A DNA stretch of 64,000 bases from positions 64,001 through 128,000 of the forward strand of contig CAWHDZ010000027.1 in the NCBI GenBank assembly GCA_963828255.1. The letters are read 5' to 3'. The position numbers and the translations under genes were made by a program. This stretch comes from an uncultured delta proteobacterium. GTDB lineage: Bacteria; Myxococcota; Myxococcia; Myxococcales; Anaeromyxobacteraceae. Of this stretch, positions 27,171 through 38,903 are shown in pieces; position 1 is the first letter of the stretch, and every line of letters starts with the position of its first letter. The notes beneath the pieces were generated by a model. It ran no database searches, was not told the origin of the DNA, and saw nothing but the letters and a program-made list of their open reading frames with translations.

Positions 27171-28337
27171 GTGGGCATCGCCTTCACTCCCTTCACCCTG
27201 GGCGGACTCCGCCTCAGGAACCGCATCCTGAAGCCGGCCACCTTCGAGGGCATGTGCCCCGGGGGCCTGGTCTCGGACGCACTGGTGGAGCACCACCGGG
27301 AGGTGGCCGCGGGGGGCGCCGCCCTCACCACCGTGGCCTACGCCTCCATCTCCCCGGACGGGCGGAGCTACGCGACCCAGCTGCTGGTCGGCCCCGGGGC
27401 ATCGCCCGGACTCTCCCGGCTCGCCGACGCCGTCCACCGGGAGGGTGCGGCGGCCGCCCTCCAGGTCGGGCACTGCGGCTCCTTCTCCAACCCGCGCGTC
27501 ATCGGCGGGCGGCCGCTCTCGGCCTCCCGCCTCTTCAACGCCTACGGCCTGACCTTCGCCCGCCCGGCCAGCGAGGAGGACCTGGCCCGGGTGGTGACCG
27601 ACTTCGCCTCGGCCACGCGCCTGGCCCGCGACGCCGGCATGGACGCGGTCGAGCTCCACTTCGGCCACGGCTACCTGGTCTCCCAGTTCCTCTCCCCGTT
27701 CACCAACAGGCGCACCGACCGATGGGGCGGCGACCTGGCGAACCGGGCGCGGCTGGCGGTGGAGGTGCTGCGGGCCGCGCGCGCCGCGGTCGGCCCGGCC
27801 TTTCCCCTTCTTCTCAAGGTGAACCTCCGCGACGGCTTCGCGGGCGGGCTCGAGCTCGACGAGTCCATCGAGGTGGCCCGGCTCCTCGAGGCCGAGGGAG
27901 CCACCGCCCTGGTGCTCTCCGGGGGGTTCGTCTCCCGGACGCCCCTCTTCATGCTTCGGGGCGAGGTGCCGGTGGGCCCGATGGCCGCGGCGCAGGAGCG
28001 CTGGCACGCCCGCCTCGGGCTCACCCTCTTCGGTCGCCTGCTCGTCCAGGCCTACCCGTACACCGAGGGGTTCTTCCTCGAGGAGGCGATGCGCATGCGC
28101 GCGGCGGTTCGGCTGCCCCTCGTGCTGCTCGGCGGGGTGAAGTCGATGGAGACCATCGACCGCGCGCTCGGGGCCGGCTTCGAGCTCCTGGGGATGGGGC
28201 GCGCCCTCCTCCACGATCCGGCGCTGCCCGGCAAGCTCCAGCGGGGCGAGGCCACCGTGTCGGGATGCGTCCCCTGCAACGAGTGCATCGCCGAGATGGA
28301 CCGGGGCGGCGTCCGCTGCACCCGTCGGGGCGGCTGA
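27171..28337 (+). CDS. NADH:flavin oxidoreductase (old yellow enzyme family)
   Basis: FTPFTLGGLRLRNR, VELHFGHGYLVSQFLSPFTNRRTDRWGG, MGRALL and C-terminal CVPCNEC. Confidence 0.93.
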   Translation: MGIAFTPFTLGGLRLRNRILKPATFEGMCPGGLVSDALVEHHREVAAGGAALTTVAYASISPDGRSYATQLLVGPGASPGLSRLADAVHREGAAAALQVGHCGSFSNPRVIGGRPLSASRLFNAYGLTFARPASEEDLARVVTDFASATRLARDAGMDAVELHFGHGYLVSQFLSPFTNRRTDRWGGDLANRARLAVEVLRAARAAVGPAFPLLLKVNLRDGFAGGLELDESIEVARLLEAEGATALVLSGGFVSRTPLFMLRGEVPVGPMAAAQERWHARLGLTLFGRLLVQAYPYTEGFFLEEAMRMRAAVRLPLVLLGGVKSMETIDRALGAGFELLGMGRALLHDPALPGKLQRGEATVSGCVPCNECIAEMDRGGVRCTRRGG

Positions 28338-28476
28338 CCTTCGGATCGCCGCGCACGGCACCCCGTCGCGCGAGCTTACGCCCGCCAGGATTCTTCGGGG
28401 CGTCCCTTGTGGACCGCCCGCGCCACACCCGTTTGTCCGTCGCCGCCTCCCGGGAGGCATGCCTTTGCTTCGATCC

Positions 28477-30129
28477 ATGACAGCCATCACGAAGCGCGAC
28501 GCCACCGCCGTCCCCCACGGGGAGGCGCTCCTCCACGACCCGTTGCTCAACAAGGGAACCGCCTTCACGCACGCCGAGCGAAGCGCGCTCGGGCTCACCG
28601 GGCTGCTCCCGCCCCACGTCCACCGGCTCGAGGAGCAGGTGGCCCGGGTGATGGACAACCACCGCAACAAGCAGACCGACCTGGAACGCTACATCCACCT
28701 GGTCAGCCTGCAGGACCGCAACGAGACCCTCTTCTACCGGGTGGTGGTGGACCACATCGAGGAGATGATGCCCATCATCTACACCCCCACGGTGGGGCAG
28801 GCCTGCCAGCAGTGGGGACACCTCTTCCGCCGCTCGCGCGGGCTCTACGTCTCCTGGGAGGACCGGGGGTGCGTCGAGTCGGTGCTGCGCAACTGGCCGC
28901 AGCCGGACGTGCGCGTCATCGTCGTGACCGACGGTGAGAGAATCCTGGGGCTCGGCGACCAGGGCGTGGGGGGCATGGGCATCCCGGTCGGGAAGCTCTC
29001 CCTCTACACCGCCTGCGCCGGCATCGACCCGGCCCGGACGCTGCCCCTCATGCTCGACGTGGGCACCGAGAACGAGGGCTACCTGCGCGACCCGCTCTAC
29101 CTGGGGCTGCGCCAGAAGCGCATCCGGGCCGAGCCCTACGACGCCTTCGTGGCCGAGTTCGTCGAGGCCGTGCAGCGGGTCTTCCCGGACGCCCTCCTGC
29201 AGTTCGAGGACTTCGGCAACCAGAACGCCTTCCGGCTCCTGGAGCGGTGGCGCGAGAAGGTCTGCACCTTCAACGACGACATCCAGGGCACCGCCGCGGT
29301 GACCCTCTCCGGGATCTACTCGGCGCTGCGCCTGACCGGGAAGACCCTGCGGGAGCAGAAGCTGCTCTTCCTGGGCGCCGGCGAGGCCGGCATCGGAATC
29401 GGGGAGCTGATCGTGTCGGCCATGGTCGACGAGGGGGCCACCTCCGAGGAGGCCCGCCGGTCCTGCTCCTTCGTGGACAGCCAGGGACTGGTGGTGAAGA
29501 GCCGGACCGGCCTGGCCCCGCACAAGCTGCGCTTCGCCCACGACCTCCCGGGGGCGCCGGACCTCCACTCCGCCCTCGAGGCCATCCGCCCCACCGCCAT
29601 CGTGGGGGTCTCGACGGTGCCGCGCGCCTTCGACCAGCGGGTCATCGAGACCATGTCCCGCATGAACGACCGCCCCATCGTCTTCGCGCTCTCCAACCCG
29701 ACGTCCAAGTCGGAGTGCACCGCCGAGGAGGCCTACCGGTGGTCGGGCGGGCGGGCCATCTTCGCGAGCGGGAGCCCCTTCCCTCCCTGCCGCCTGGGCG
29801 ACCGGCTCTTCGTGTCCGGCCAGGGGAACAACGCGTACATCTTCCCGGGCGTGGGGCTCGGCGTGGTGGCCTGCCGGGCCCGGCTGGTCACCGACCGGAT
29901 GTTCTCCGCGGCGGCGCGGACGCTGGCCTCCCTGGTCCTCCCCTCCGACCTGGAGCTCGGGAGGATCTACCCGTCGCTGACCCGCATCCGGGAGGTCTCG
30001 GCCCACATCGGCGCGGCGGTGGCGGAGGTGGCCTACCGGGATGGCCTGGCGGGCGTGGCGCGCCCCCCGGACCTGCTCGAGATGGTGAAGGGCTCCATGT
30101 GGGAGCCGGTCTACCGGCAGTACGTCTAG
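28477..30129 (+). CDS. maeA: NAD-dependent malic enzyme
   Basis: NKGTAFT, MPIIYTPTVG, VTDGERILGLGD, QFEDF, FNDDIQGT, GAGEAG, LSNPT and GQGNNAYIFPG. Confidence 0.95.
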   Translation: MTAITKRDATAVPHGEALLHDPLLNKGTAFTHAERSALGLTGLLPPHVHRLEEQVARVMDNHRNKQTDLERYIHLVSLQDRNETLFYRVVVDHIEEMMPIIYTPTVGQACQQWGHLFRRSRGLYVSWEDRGCVESVLRNWPQPDVRVIVVTDGERILGLGDQGVGGMGIPVGKLSLYTACAGIDPARTLPLMLDVGTENEGYLRDPLYLGLRQKRIRAEPYDAFVAEFVEAVQRVFPDALLQFEDFGNQNAFRLLERWREKVCTFNDDIQGTAAVTLSGIYSALRLTGKTLREQKLLFLGAGEAGIGIGELIVSAMVDEGATSEEARRSCSFVDSQGLVVKSRTGLAPHKLRFAHDLPGAPDLHSALEAIRPTAIVGVSTVPRAFDQRVIETMSRMNDRPIVFALSNPTSKSECTAEEAYRWSGGRAIFASGSPFPPCRLGDRLFVSGQGNNAYIFPGVGLGVVACRARLVTDRMFSAAARTLASLVLPSDLELGRIYPSLTRIREVSAHIGAAVAEVAYRDGLAGVARPPDLLEMVKGSMWEPVYRQYV

Positions 30130-31208
30130 TCCGGCGCGGTGGGGAAATCGACGACGAACCGGGCCCCACCCGGTCCGTCCTCGAGCGACAGGTGGCCCCC
30201 CTGGGCCTCGGCCAGGGCCTTGGCGATGGCGAGCCCCAGGCCGAAGCCGCTGGAGGGGGCCCCCTCCCGGCTGAAGCGCTCGAAGACCCGGTCGCGGATG
30301 CTGGCCGGGATCCCGGGCCCGTCGTCGCTCACGGTCACGCGAACCCATTCCGACGAGGAGGCCACCGCGATCTCCACGTGCTCGCCCCCGTGCCGGAGCG
30401 CGTTGTCGAGCAGGTTGTCGAAGACCCGGCCGGTGAGCAGGGGGTCGCCGAGCCCCGTGGCCGGCTCGAGCCGGAGCGAGAGCCGCCGGTCGGCGCCCTT
30501 GTGGGCCACGGTGGCGCGGTCCGCCGCCAGCCGCGCCGCGCGGGTGATGTCGAAGCGGATGGTTGCCGGGTTGAGCGTTCCGGCGTCGGCGCGGGCCAGT
30601 GCGAGCAGCACCTCGACCAGCCGGCCGAGCCTGCGGGCCTCCTCCTCCACGACCCGGAGGGCGGTCCGGTAGTCGTCGGGGTTGCGGTCCCGCCGCAGCG
30701 TCACCTGCACCTCGCCGAGCATGGCGGTGAGGGGAGTGCGCAGCTCGTGGGCGGCGTTGGCGCTGAAGGCCTTGGCCTGGGTGGCCGCGTGGGACTGGGC
30801 GCGCAGGAGCTCGTTCGTCACGCTCGCCAGCTCGTCCCACTCGTCGCCGATCCCGCGCACCGGGAGCTCGAGCTCGCCGTCTCCCTTGAGCGCCCGCCTG
30901 GCCCGGTCCGCGGCCTCGTGCATGGGGGTGAGCGCCCGGCCGGCCAGCCAGAATCCGAAGAGCCCCGCCCCCAGCACGGCGAAGGGCGAGACGATGAGCA
31001 TGGCGATGCCCAGCTTCTTCGCGTCGTGGAGGTCGTCCCCCACCCAGCCCTGGGCCTGGGTCTCGTCCCCGGTGAAGCTGACCCGCTCGTTGTGATCGTG
31101 GACGAGGATCGCGATGGCCGTCGCGGTCCCGAAGAAGAGGACGGTGCCGAGGACCGCCGCGGCGAAGGCGGCCGCCAGCCGTCCCCGCAGGGTCCTCAGC
31201 CAGTTCAC
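30126..31208 (-). CDS. HAMP-domain sensor histidine kinase (OmpR-partner type)
   Basis: Two TM helices with a short acidic loop, AAHELRTPL, NLLDNALRH, DDGPG and GFGLGL. Confidence 0.94.
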   Translation of the reverse strand: MNWLRTLRGRLAAAFAAAVLGTVLFFGTATAIAILVHDHNERVSFTGDETQAQGWVGDDLHDAKKLGIAMLIVSPFAVLGAGLFGFWLAGRALTPMHEAADRARRALKGDGELELPVRGIGDEWDELASVTNELLRAQSHAATQAKAFSANAAHELRTPLTAMLGEVQVTLRRDRNPDDYRTALRVVEEEARRLGRLVEVLLALARADAGTLNPATIRFDITRAARLAADRATVAHKGADRRLSLRLEPATGLGDPLLTGRVFDNLLDNALRHGGEHVEIAVASSSEWVRVTVSDDGPGIPASIRDRVFERFSREGAPSSGFGLGLAIAKALAEAQGGHLSLEDGPGGARFVVDFPTAPD

Positions 31209-31879
31209 GGGCCGGGCCTCAGCTCGTAGCCCACTCCACGGACGGTGTGGATGAGCGGGTAGGAGAAGGGCTCGTCCACCTTCTTGCGGAGGTAGCGGAT
31301 GTAGACCTCGACGACGTTGGAGAAGGTGTCGTAGTCGTGCTCCCAGACCGCCTCGACGATCCGGGTGCGCGAGACCGGCTCCCCGACCCGCTCGAGCAGG
31401 AACTGGAGGAGCGCGAACTCCCGGGCGGTGAGCCGGACGGGCTGACCGGCGCGGGTGACCTTGTGCTGCACCGGGTCGAGGATCAGGTCGCCGCAGGTGA
31501 GGATGGGGCTGGCCCGCCCTCCGGCGCGACGCAGCACCGCGCGGAGCCGGGCCACCAGCTCGTCGAAGGCGAAGGGCTTCACCACGTAGTCGTCGGCGCC
31601 GGCGTTGAGGGCGGCCACCCGGTCGTCCACGGCGTCGCGCGCCGTCACCATGACGATGGGGATGATGTCGCCCCGGTCGCGCCAGCGCCGGAGCAGGTCC
31701 AGGCCCGAGGCACCCGGAAGGGTCCAGTCGAGCAGGACCACCTCGATGCCTCCCGCCGCCAGGGCGGCCTCGGCCGCCTCGCCGTCCCCGACCGCACGGA
31801 CCGTGTAGCCTTCCTCGGTGAGGCCACGCTCCACGAAGGACAGCACCCGCTTCTCGTCTTCCACCACCAGGATCGCCAT
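31205..31879 (-). CDS. OmpR/PhoB family response regulator
   Basis: ILVVEDE, LLDWTLP, GADDYVVKPF, LTAREF, NVVEVYIRYLRKK and IHTVRGVGY; stop overlaps the kinase start. Confidence 0.96.
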   Translation of the reverse strand: MAILVVEDEKRVLSFVERGLTEEGYTVRAVGDGEAAEAALAAGGIEVVLLDWTLPGASGLDLLRRWRDRGDIIPIVMVTARDAVDDRVAALNAGADDYVVKPFAFDELVARLRAVLRRAGGRASPILTCGDLILDPVQHKVTRAGQPVRLTAREFALLQFLLERVGEPVSRTRIVEAVWEHDYDTFSNVVEVYIRYLRKKVDEPFSYPLIHTVRGVGYELRPGP

Positions 31880-31918
31880 GGCGGGGAGAAATAACATCTC
31901 CTGTGGGTTCCGCAGCGG

Positions 31919-31956
31919 ATGAGAGAAACCTAATCGTCTTCTCACGGCCGGCTCAC
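31919..31956. promoter_or_regulatory. Candidate regulator binding site: 11-bp-phased direct repeats
   Basis: CTAAT (31930), CTCAC (31941) and CTCAC (31952), plus an inverted copy ATGAG (31919), upstream of the response regulator. Confidence 0.4.
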
Positions 31957-32112
31957 CATGAACGCGGTACATGATCCTCCGTCGTGAGTGCCTTGCCGGA
32001 TGTTTCGTCCGGTGGTCCGTCGGGTGCCCTCCCCGACGGATCGTCAGCGGAGATGGGACCGGACCCCCTCCCCCAGGTCCCTCTCCGCTGACCTTCTTCC
32101 CCACCCCCGCCA

Positions 32113-32601
32113 TCAGCCGCCCGACGGCTTCGCGTCGTACCGGCCGTGGATGGCGTCGGGCTTGAGCCCGGCGGGATGGCAGACCTTGCAGGTCCCCAGG
32201 TTCAGGGTCTCGGCCGGGATCTTGACGTGGCATCCGCGACACTGGTCGTGAAACAGGACGGTGCGGAGGTCGATGGCGCCGTCCGGCTTCAGTCCGGCCA
32301 GCGACCGCGCCGGCTTCCCGCCGACCTCCTTCTCCGGCTGCCCGAGCGGCACGTGGCACAGGGTGCAACGCATGTCGGGAAGGGGCTCACCCGGCTCCTC
32401 GGCGGCCAGGGTGTGGTGGCAGTCCTTGCAGCGGATCTGGCTGCCGTCCGGGCGCTTGTACTTGCTGGCGTGGTCGGCGTGGGTGAACCGCACCGGTCCG
32501 AGCTTGCCGGGGATGTGGGAGAGGACCATCACCTCCTTGCCCGCCGGGACCTGCGCCGAGAGTGCAATCGCGACCAGGGGGGCGAGGGCGGTGATGGCCA
32601 T
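32113..32601 (-). CDS. Tetrahaem class III cytochrome c (cytochrome c3 family)
   Basis: Signal peptide, FTHADH distal-His motif and four CxxCH motifs (CKDCHH, CTLCH, CRGCH preceded by FH, CKVCH). Confidence 0.92.
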   Translation of the reverse strand: MAITALAPLVAIALSAQVPAGKEVMVLSHIPGKLGPVRFTHADHASKYKRPDGSQIRCKDCHHTLAAEEPGEPLPDMRCTLCHVPLGQPEKEVGGKPARSLAGLKPDGAIDLRTVLFHDQCRGCHVKIPAETLNLGTCKVCHPAGLKPDAIHGRYDAKPSGG

Positions 32602-32636
32602 TTCATTGCTGTAGCGGGGCGGAGGCCCGCTGTCCC

Positions 32637-32645
32637 TGGTATCTT
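32637..32645 (+). promoter_or_regulatory. Candidate extended -10 promoter (leaderless or short leader)
   Basis: TGgTATCTT 9 nt before ATG 32655; no Shine-Dalgarno sequence. Confidence 0.5.
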
Positions 32646-32654
32646 CGCGCCCGC

Positions 32655-34448
<1,794 letters not shown>

Positions 34449-34457
34449 GTGACCGCC

Positions 34458-35687
34458 ATGAACCACCCGAGCTACCGGGCCATCGCCCACGCCATCCGCC
34501 GGCGCTCCACCTGGAGCAACGGCGAGCCGATGCCCTTCCCCGACCAGGGGGCGGAGCTCTTCTTCCTGGCCGCGCGCTCCCGCCACGGCCATCACCTGCT
34601 CGGCCACGGCGGCTACCGCTGCGCGCTGCACGGCCTCGACTTTCCCGGCGAGCCCATCGGCGACGCTCCGGCCGACTGCGACATCGCCGAGAACCTGGAC
34701 TACCGCTACCCCCTGCTCCGCGCGCAGGGCGCCGGGCGCGGCGAGCGGTCCCGTCACCTGGTCGTCGTCCTGCACGGCCTGAACGAGCGGAGCTTCACCA
34801 AGTACATCCCCTGGGCCTACCAGCTCTGGCGCTCCACCGGCGCCGCGGTGGCCCTCTACCCCCTCTCCTTCCACGTGAACCGGGTGCTGCCCCGCTGGGG
34901 CGGGGAGATCGAGGGGCACCTGGCCCGACGCCGCGCCGTGCCCCGCAACGAGGACGTCCACCCCTTCAACTGCGTGATCAGCGAGCGGCTCGACGCCTAC
35001 CCGGAGCGGTTCTTCTGGGGTGGGCTCCAGTCCTACGGCGACGTCCTCGACCTGGTGCGGGAGGTGCGCGAGGGGCGCCACCCCCACGTCCACCCCGAGG
35101 CCCGGGTGGATCTGCTGGGGTACTCGATCGGCGGCTACCTGGCGCTGGGGCTCCTGCTCATCGACGAGGGAGGGCTCTTCCGGGACAGCCGCGCGGTGAT
35201 CTTCGAGAGCGGGGCGGCGCTGCGGGCCACCAACATGTCCTCCCGCTTCATCATCGACCACGCCTGCGAGGTGTCGCTGATGAAGCTCTACGTCCGCTTC
35301 ACCGGGCGTCTCGCCAACACGCGGCTCACCCACTGGTTGCGCGACCACGAGCTGGGGCGCTGGTTCCGCGCGCTCTGCGGGGACGAGACCGAGCGCCCGC
35401 GGCTGGAGGCGCGGCTCCGCGAGCTCTCGCCCCGGCTGCTCGCCATCGGGAACCGCGGCGACGAGGTCATCCCCGCCCCGGCCATGCTGAACACGCTGCA
35501 GGGGCTCCACCGCGACACCGGCGTGCGGGTGGAGCAGCTCGCGCTGGGCGTCCACGAGCACCCGTTCCTCTGCCCGGACTACACGCAGCGGGACCGGCGC
35601 TTCGTCACCGAGTTCCTCGATCTTCCCCGCTACGGCGAGGGGTTCGAGCGCTTCGTCGCGCTCGCGTCGGGACTTCTCGCACCGTGA
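34458..35687 (+). CDS. Uncharacterised alpha/beta-hydrolase fold protein (DUF6051-like)
   Basis: VVLHGLNERSFTKYIPWA and nucleophile elbow GYSIGG; candidate Asp (GDEVI) and His (HEHPF). The DUF label is from recall and needs an HMM check. Confidence 0.75.
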   Translation: MNHPSYRAIAHAIRRRSTWSNGEPMPFPDQGAELFFLAARSRHGHHLLGHGGYRCALHGLDFPGEPIGDAPADCDIAENLDYRYPLLRAQGAGRGERSRHLVVVLHGLNERSFTKYIPWAYQLWRSTGAAVALYPLSFHVNRVLPRWGGEIEGHLARRRAVPRNEDVHPFNCVISERLDAYPERFFWGGLQSYGDVLDLVREVREGRHPHVHPEARVDLLGYSIGGYLALGLLLIDEGGLFRDSRAVIFESGAALRATNMSSRFIIDHACEVSLMKLYVRFTGRLANTRLTHWLRDHELGRWFRALCGDETERPRLEARLRELSPRLLAIGNRGDEVIPAPAMLNTLQGLHRDTGVRVEQLALGVHEHPFLCPDYTQRDRRFVTEFLDLPRYGEGFERFVALASGLLAP

Positions 35688-35750
35688 AACGCAAGGACGG
35701 GGAGCCGCCTGCGCGACCCCCCGCCCGGATGAAGGCGCCTTCGGCCAGGC

Positions 35751-36884
35751 CTACTTGCCGGCCGGGACCTTTCCGTCCACGCCCTGCACGTAGAAGCCCA
35801 TCTCGCCCTTCCACTTGTCGTCGCCGACCACCCCGGCGGCGAGCACTTCCTTGCCGGTGTTGTCCTTGATGGGGCCTCGGAAGACCGCGCCGGGGTTCGC
35901 GATCAGGAAGGCCCTGGCCTCCTCGACCTTGGCCCGGGCGGCCGCCGGCACCGAGTCGGGCACCTTGACGAGCTCGGTGAGCCCCTCCTTGGTTCCCCAC
36001 TTGGTGTTCTCGACCTTCCAGGTCTTCTCCAGCACGTCGTTCACGGCCTTGAGGTAGTAGGGGGCCCAGATGATGGCGCCGGAGCCCAGGTGGGCCTTGG
36101 GCGCGAAGGCGCTCATGTCCGAGTCCCAGCCGAAGGCGAACTTGCCGTTCTTCTCGGCGGTCTGCAGGACGGCGGTCGAGTCGGTGTTCTGCAGGAGAAC
36201 GTCGGCGCCCTGGTTGATGAGCGACTGCGCCGCCTCGGCCTCCTTGGGGGGGTCGACCCAGGTGCTGATCCAGACCACCTTGGTCTTGACCTTGGGATTC
36301 GTGCTCCGTGCACCGAGGGTGAAGGCGTTGATGTTGCGGAGCACCTCGGGGATGGGAAACGAGCCCACGAAGCCGATGACGTTGCTCTTGGTCACCATGC
36401 CGGCCAGCACGCCGGACAGGTAGGCGTTCTCGTAGAAGCGCCCCTCGTAGTTGCGCAGGTTGGGCGCGGTCTTGTAGCCGGTGGCGTGCTCGAAGAGGAC
36501 CTCGGGGTGGTCCTTGGCCACCTTCTCCATCGAGTCGCCGAAGCCGAACGAGGTGGCGAAGATGAGCTTGTTGCCCTCGGCCACCAGGTCGCGGATGACG
36601 CGCTCGGCGTCCGGCCCCTCCTTGACGCTCTCGATGAAGGTGGTCTTCACCCTGTCACCGAACTTCGCCTCCACGGCCTTGCGCCCCAGGTCGTGGGCGA
36701 AGGTCCAGCCGGCGTCGGCCACCGGGCCCACGTAGATGAAGCCGATCTTGAGGGGCTCGGGCTTCGCGGCCGGGGCCGGGGCGGGGGCGGCGGCCTTGGG
36801 GGGCTCGCTCTTGGCGCAGCCGGCGAGGCCCGCGGCCAGGACGACCGCGAGGGTGAGGCTCTGCATCCAGGTACGACCGTGCAT
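35751..36884 (-). CDS. BMP-family nucleoside ABC transporter substrate-binding lipoprotein
   Basis: Lipobox LAGC, IGFIYVGPVADAGWTFAH, FATSFGF and IPEVLRNINAF. Confidence 0.94.
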   Translation of the reverse strand: MHGRTWMQSLTLAVVLAAGLAGCAKSEPPKAAAPAPAPAAKPEPLKIGFIYVGPVADAGWTFAHDLGRKAVEAKFGDRVKTTFIESVKEGPDAERVIRDLVAEGNKLIFATSFGFGDSMEKVAKDHPEVLFEHATGYKTAPNLRNYEGRFYENAYLSGVLAGMVTKSNVIGFVGSFPIPEVLRNINAFTLGARSTNPKVKTKVVWISTWVDPPKEAEAAQSLINQGADVLLQNTDSTAVLQTAEKNGKFAFGWDSDMSAFAPKAHLGSGAIIWAPYYLKAVNDVLEKTWKVENTKWGTKEGLTELVKVPDSVPAAARAKVEEARAFLIANPGAVFRGPIKDNTGKEVLAAGVVGDDKWKGEMGFYVQGVDGKVPAGK

Positions 36885-36915
36885 CGGTGATCTCCTTGCT
36901 GGTTGTGGTTCGGCT

Positions 36916-37836
36916 TCAGGAACCGGGGTGGAAGGTCTTGCCCAGGGAGGCGGGCATGTTGAGCCGGATCCAGAGCGGATCGCGGGAGATGACGACGAGG
37001 ACCACGACGGTGGAGAGGTAGGGGAGCATGCTCATGAACTGGAGCGGGACCTGGACCCCCATGCCCTGCAGGTGCAGCTGGAGCATGGTCACGCCGCCGA
37101 AGAGATAGGCGCCGAGGAGCACGCGCGCCGGGCGCCAGGTGGCGAAGACGGTGAGCGCCAGCGCGATCCAGCCCCGGCCGGCGATCATGCCCTCCACCCA
37201 CATGGGGGCGTAGACGATGGAGAGGTAGGCTCCCGAGACGCCGCAGAGCGCCCCGCCGGCCAGCACCGCGGCCATGCGGATCTGCCGCACCGGATAGCCG
37301 AGCGCGTGGGCCGAGTCGGGCGACTCCCCCACCGAGCGCAGCACCAGGCCTGCGCGGGTCCGGTAGAAGAACCAGGCCATGGCCGCCATGAGCGCGATGG
37401 CCAGGTAGACGAGCGGGTGCTGGCGGAAGAGGGCCGGACCGAGGAAGGGCAGGTCGCGAAGCCCGGGGATCCCGGCGACCGCCGATCGCTCCAGGTTCTT
37501 CCCCACGTAGCCCGAGCCCACGAAGGCGGAGAAGCCTGCGCCGAACAGGGAGAGGGCCAGCCCCGTGGCGTACTGGTTCGTGTAGAGCCAGAGGGAGAGC
37601 CACCCGAAGATCGAGGCCGCCGCAGCGCCTGCCGCCGCACCCGCCGCGAAGCCCACCCACTCGTTGCCGGAGAGGAAGGCCGCCGCGAATCCGGTGACCG
37701 CGGCGATGGCCATCATCCCCTCGGCCCCCAGGTTCACCACCCCGGCCCGCTCGTTCACGAGCAGTCCCAGCCCGGCCAGCGCGAGCGGCGTGCCGGCGGC
37801 CAGCGTGGCGGCCAGGAGGAGCGCGACCTCGTTCAC
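36916..37836 (-). CDS. Nucleoside ABC transporter permease
   Basis: ERAGVVNLGAEGMM, GRGWIALA and MLPY motifs; GTG start overlaps the upstream stop. Confidence 0.92.
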   Translation of the reverse strand: MNEVALLLAATLAAGTPLALAGLGLLVNERAGVVNLGAEGMMAIAAVTGFAAAFLSGNEWVGFAAGAAAGAAAASIFGWLSLWLYTNQYATGLALSLFGAGFSAFVGSGYVGKNLERSAVAGIPGLRDLPFLGPALFRQHPLVYLAIALMAAMAWFFYRTRAGLVLRSVGESPDSAHALGYPVRQIRMAAVLAGGALCGVSGAYLSIVYAPMWVEGMIAGRGWIALALTVFATWRPARVLLGAYLFGGVTMLQLHLQGMGVQVPLQFMSMLPYLSTVVVLVVISRDPLWIRLNMPASLGKTFHPGS

Positions 37837-38903
37837 CTTCGCCCCCATCGCGGCCGGTACTGGATGAGGGTGTCGCAGGCCAGCAGCGAGAGCAGGAGCA
37901 CGCCCTGGAAGACCCCGGTGATGGCCGAGGGCAGCCCGAGCCGCGACTGGGCCAGCTCCCCGCCGATGGAGAAGGTGGCGAGGACCAGCGCGGCCAGCAC
38001 GGCGCCCAGCGGGTCGAGACGCCCCACGAAGGCCACGATGATGGCGGCGAAGCCGTATCCCTGCGAGACGTGCGGGGTGAGCTGCCCCATGGGCCCCGCC
38101 ACCTCCAGCGCACCGGCCACGCCGGCCAGCGCGCCGGAGACGAGGAACGTGGTCCAGAGGGCCTGGCGGGAGGAGAAGCCGGCGTAGCGGGCCGCCGCCG
38201 GGGCCGGCCCGCCCACGAGCAGCTGCATCCCCCGGTAGGTGCGGTGGACGAAGATCCACATGCCCACCGCGGCGAGCAGGGCCAGCAGGAACCCCCAGTG
38301 AAGCCGCATGCCCGGGACCAGGCGGGGCACGGCGGTCTCCGCGGCGAAGCCCATGGTCTGCGGGAAGTTGAAGCCCTTCGGGTCCTTCCAGGGACCGAAC
38401 ACCAGCCAGGAGAGGAAGAGGTCGGCCACGTAGACCAGCATGAGGCTGACCAGGATCTCGTTGGCGTTGAATCGGTCCCGGAGGAAGGCGGCGATGCCCG
38501 CCCAGATCATCCCGCCCAGCGCGCCGGCCAGGACGAGCAGCGGGAAGAAGGCCCAGCGGTTCACCGGGATCTGGTTGGCGGTGACCACGAGGGCGAGCCC
38601 GCCCCCCAGGATGCCGCCCACCAGGAACTGCCCCTCGGCGCCGATGTTCCAGACGTTGGCCCGGAAGGCGAGCCCCAGCCCGACCGCGCAGAGGATGAGC
38701 GGCGTGGCCTTGAGCCCCAGCTCGGTCAGCGCGCGCGTGCCGCTCCAGGGCTTGACCAGGAAGACCTCGAGCCCGCGCACCGGGTCCTTCCCGAGGAGGG
38801 CGAAGAGGATCGCCGCCACGACCACGGTGATGGCGATGGCCACCACCGGCGAGAGGACGCTCCATGTCCGGGACGGGGCCGGCCGGGCCTCGAGCCGGAT
38901 CAC
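37833..38903 (-). CDS. Nucleoside ABC transporter permease
   Basis: ATPLIL, WNIGAEGQ, NEILVSLML and GYGFAAIIVA motifs. Confidence 0.92.
   Translation of the reverse strand: MIRLEARPAPSRTWSVLSPVVAIAITVVVAAILFALLGKDPVRGLEVFLVKPWSGTRALTELGLKATPLILCAVGLGLAFRANVWNIGAEGQFLVGGILGGGLALVVTANQIPVNRWAFFPLLVLAGALGGMIWAGIAAFLRDRFNANEILVSLMLVYVADLFLSWLVFGPWKDPKGFNFPQTMGFAAETAVPRLVPGMRLHWGFLLALLAAVGMWIFVHRTYRGMQLLVGGPAPAAARYAGFSSRQALWTTFLVSGALAGVAGALEVAGPMGQLTPHVSQGYGFAAIIVAFVGRLDPLGAVLAALVLATFSIGGELAQSRLGLPSAITGVFQGVLLLSLLACDTLIQYRPRWGRR

Noticed and set aside
28454..28470. Sigma54-like GGCATGCCTTTGC upstream of malic enzyme (similar site near 46499)
   Set aside because: GG-to-GC spacing is 9 nt rather than the required 10.
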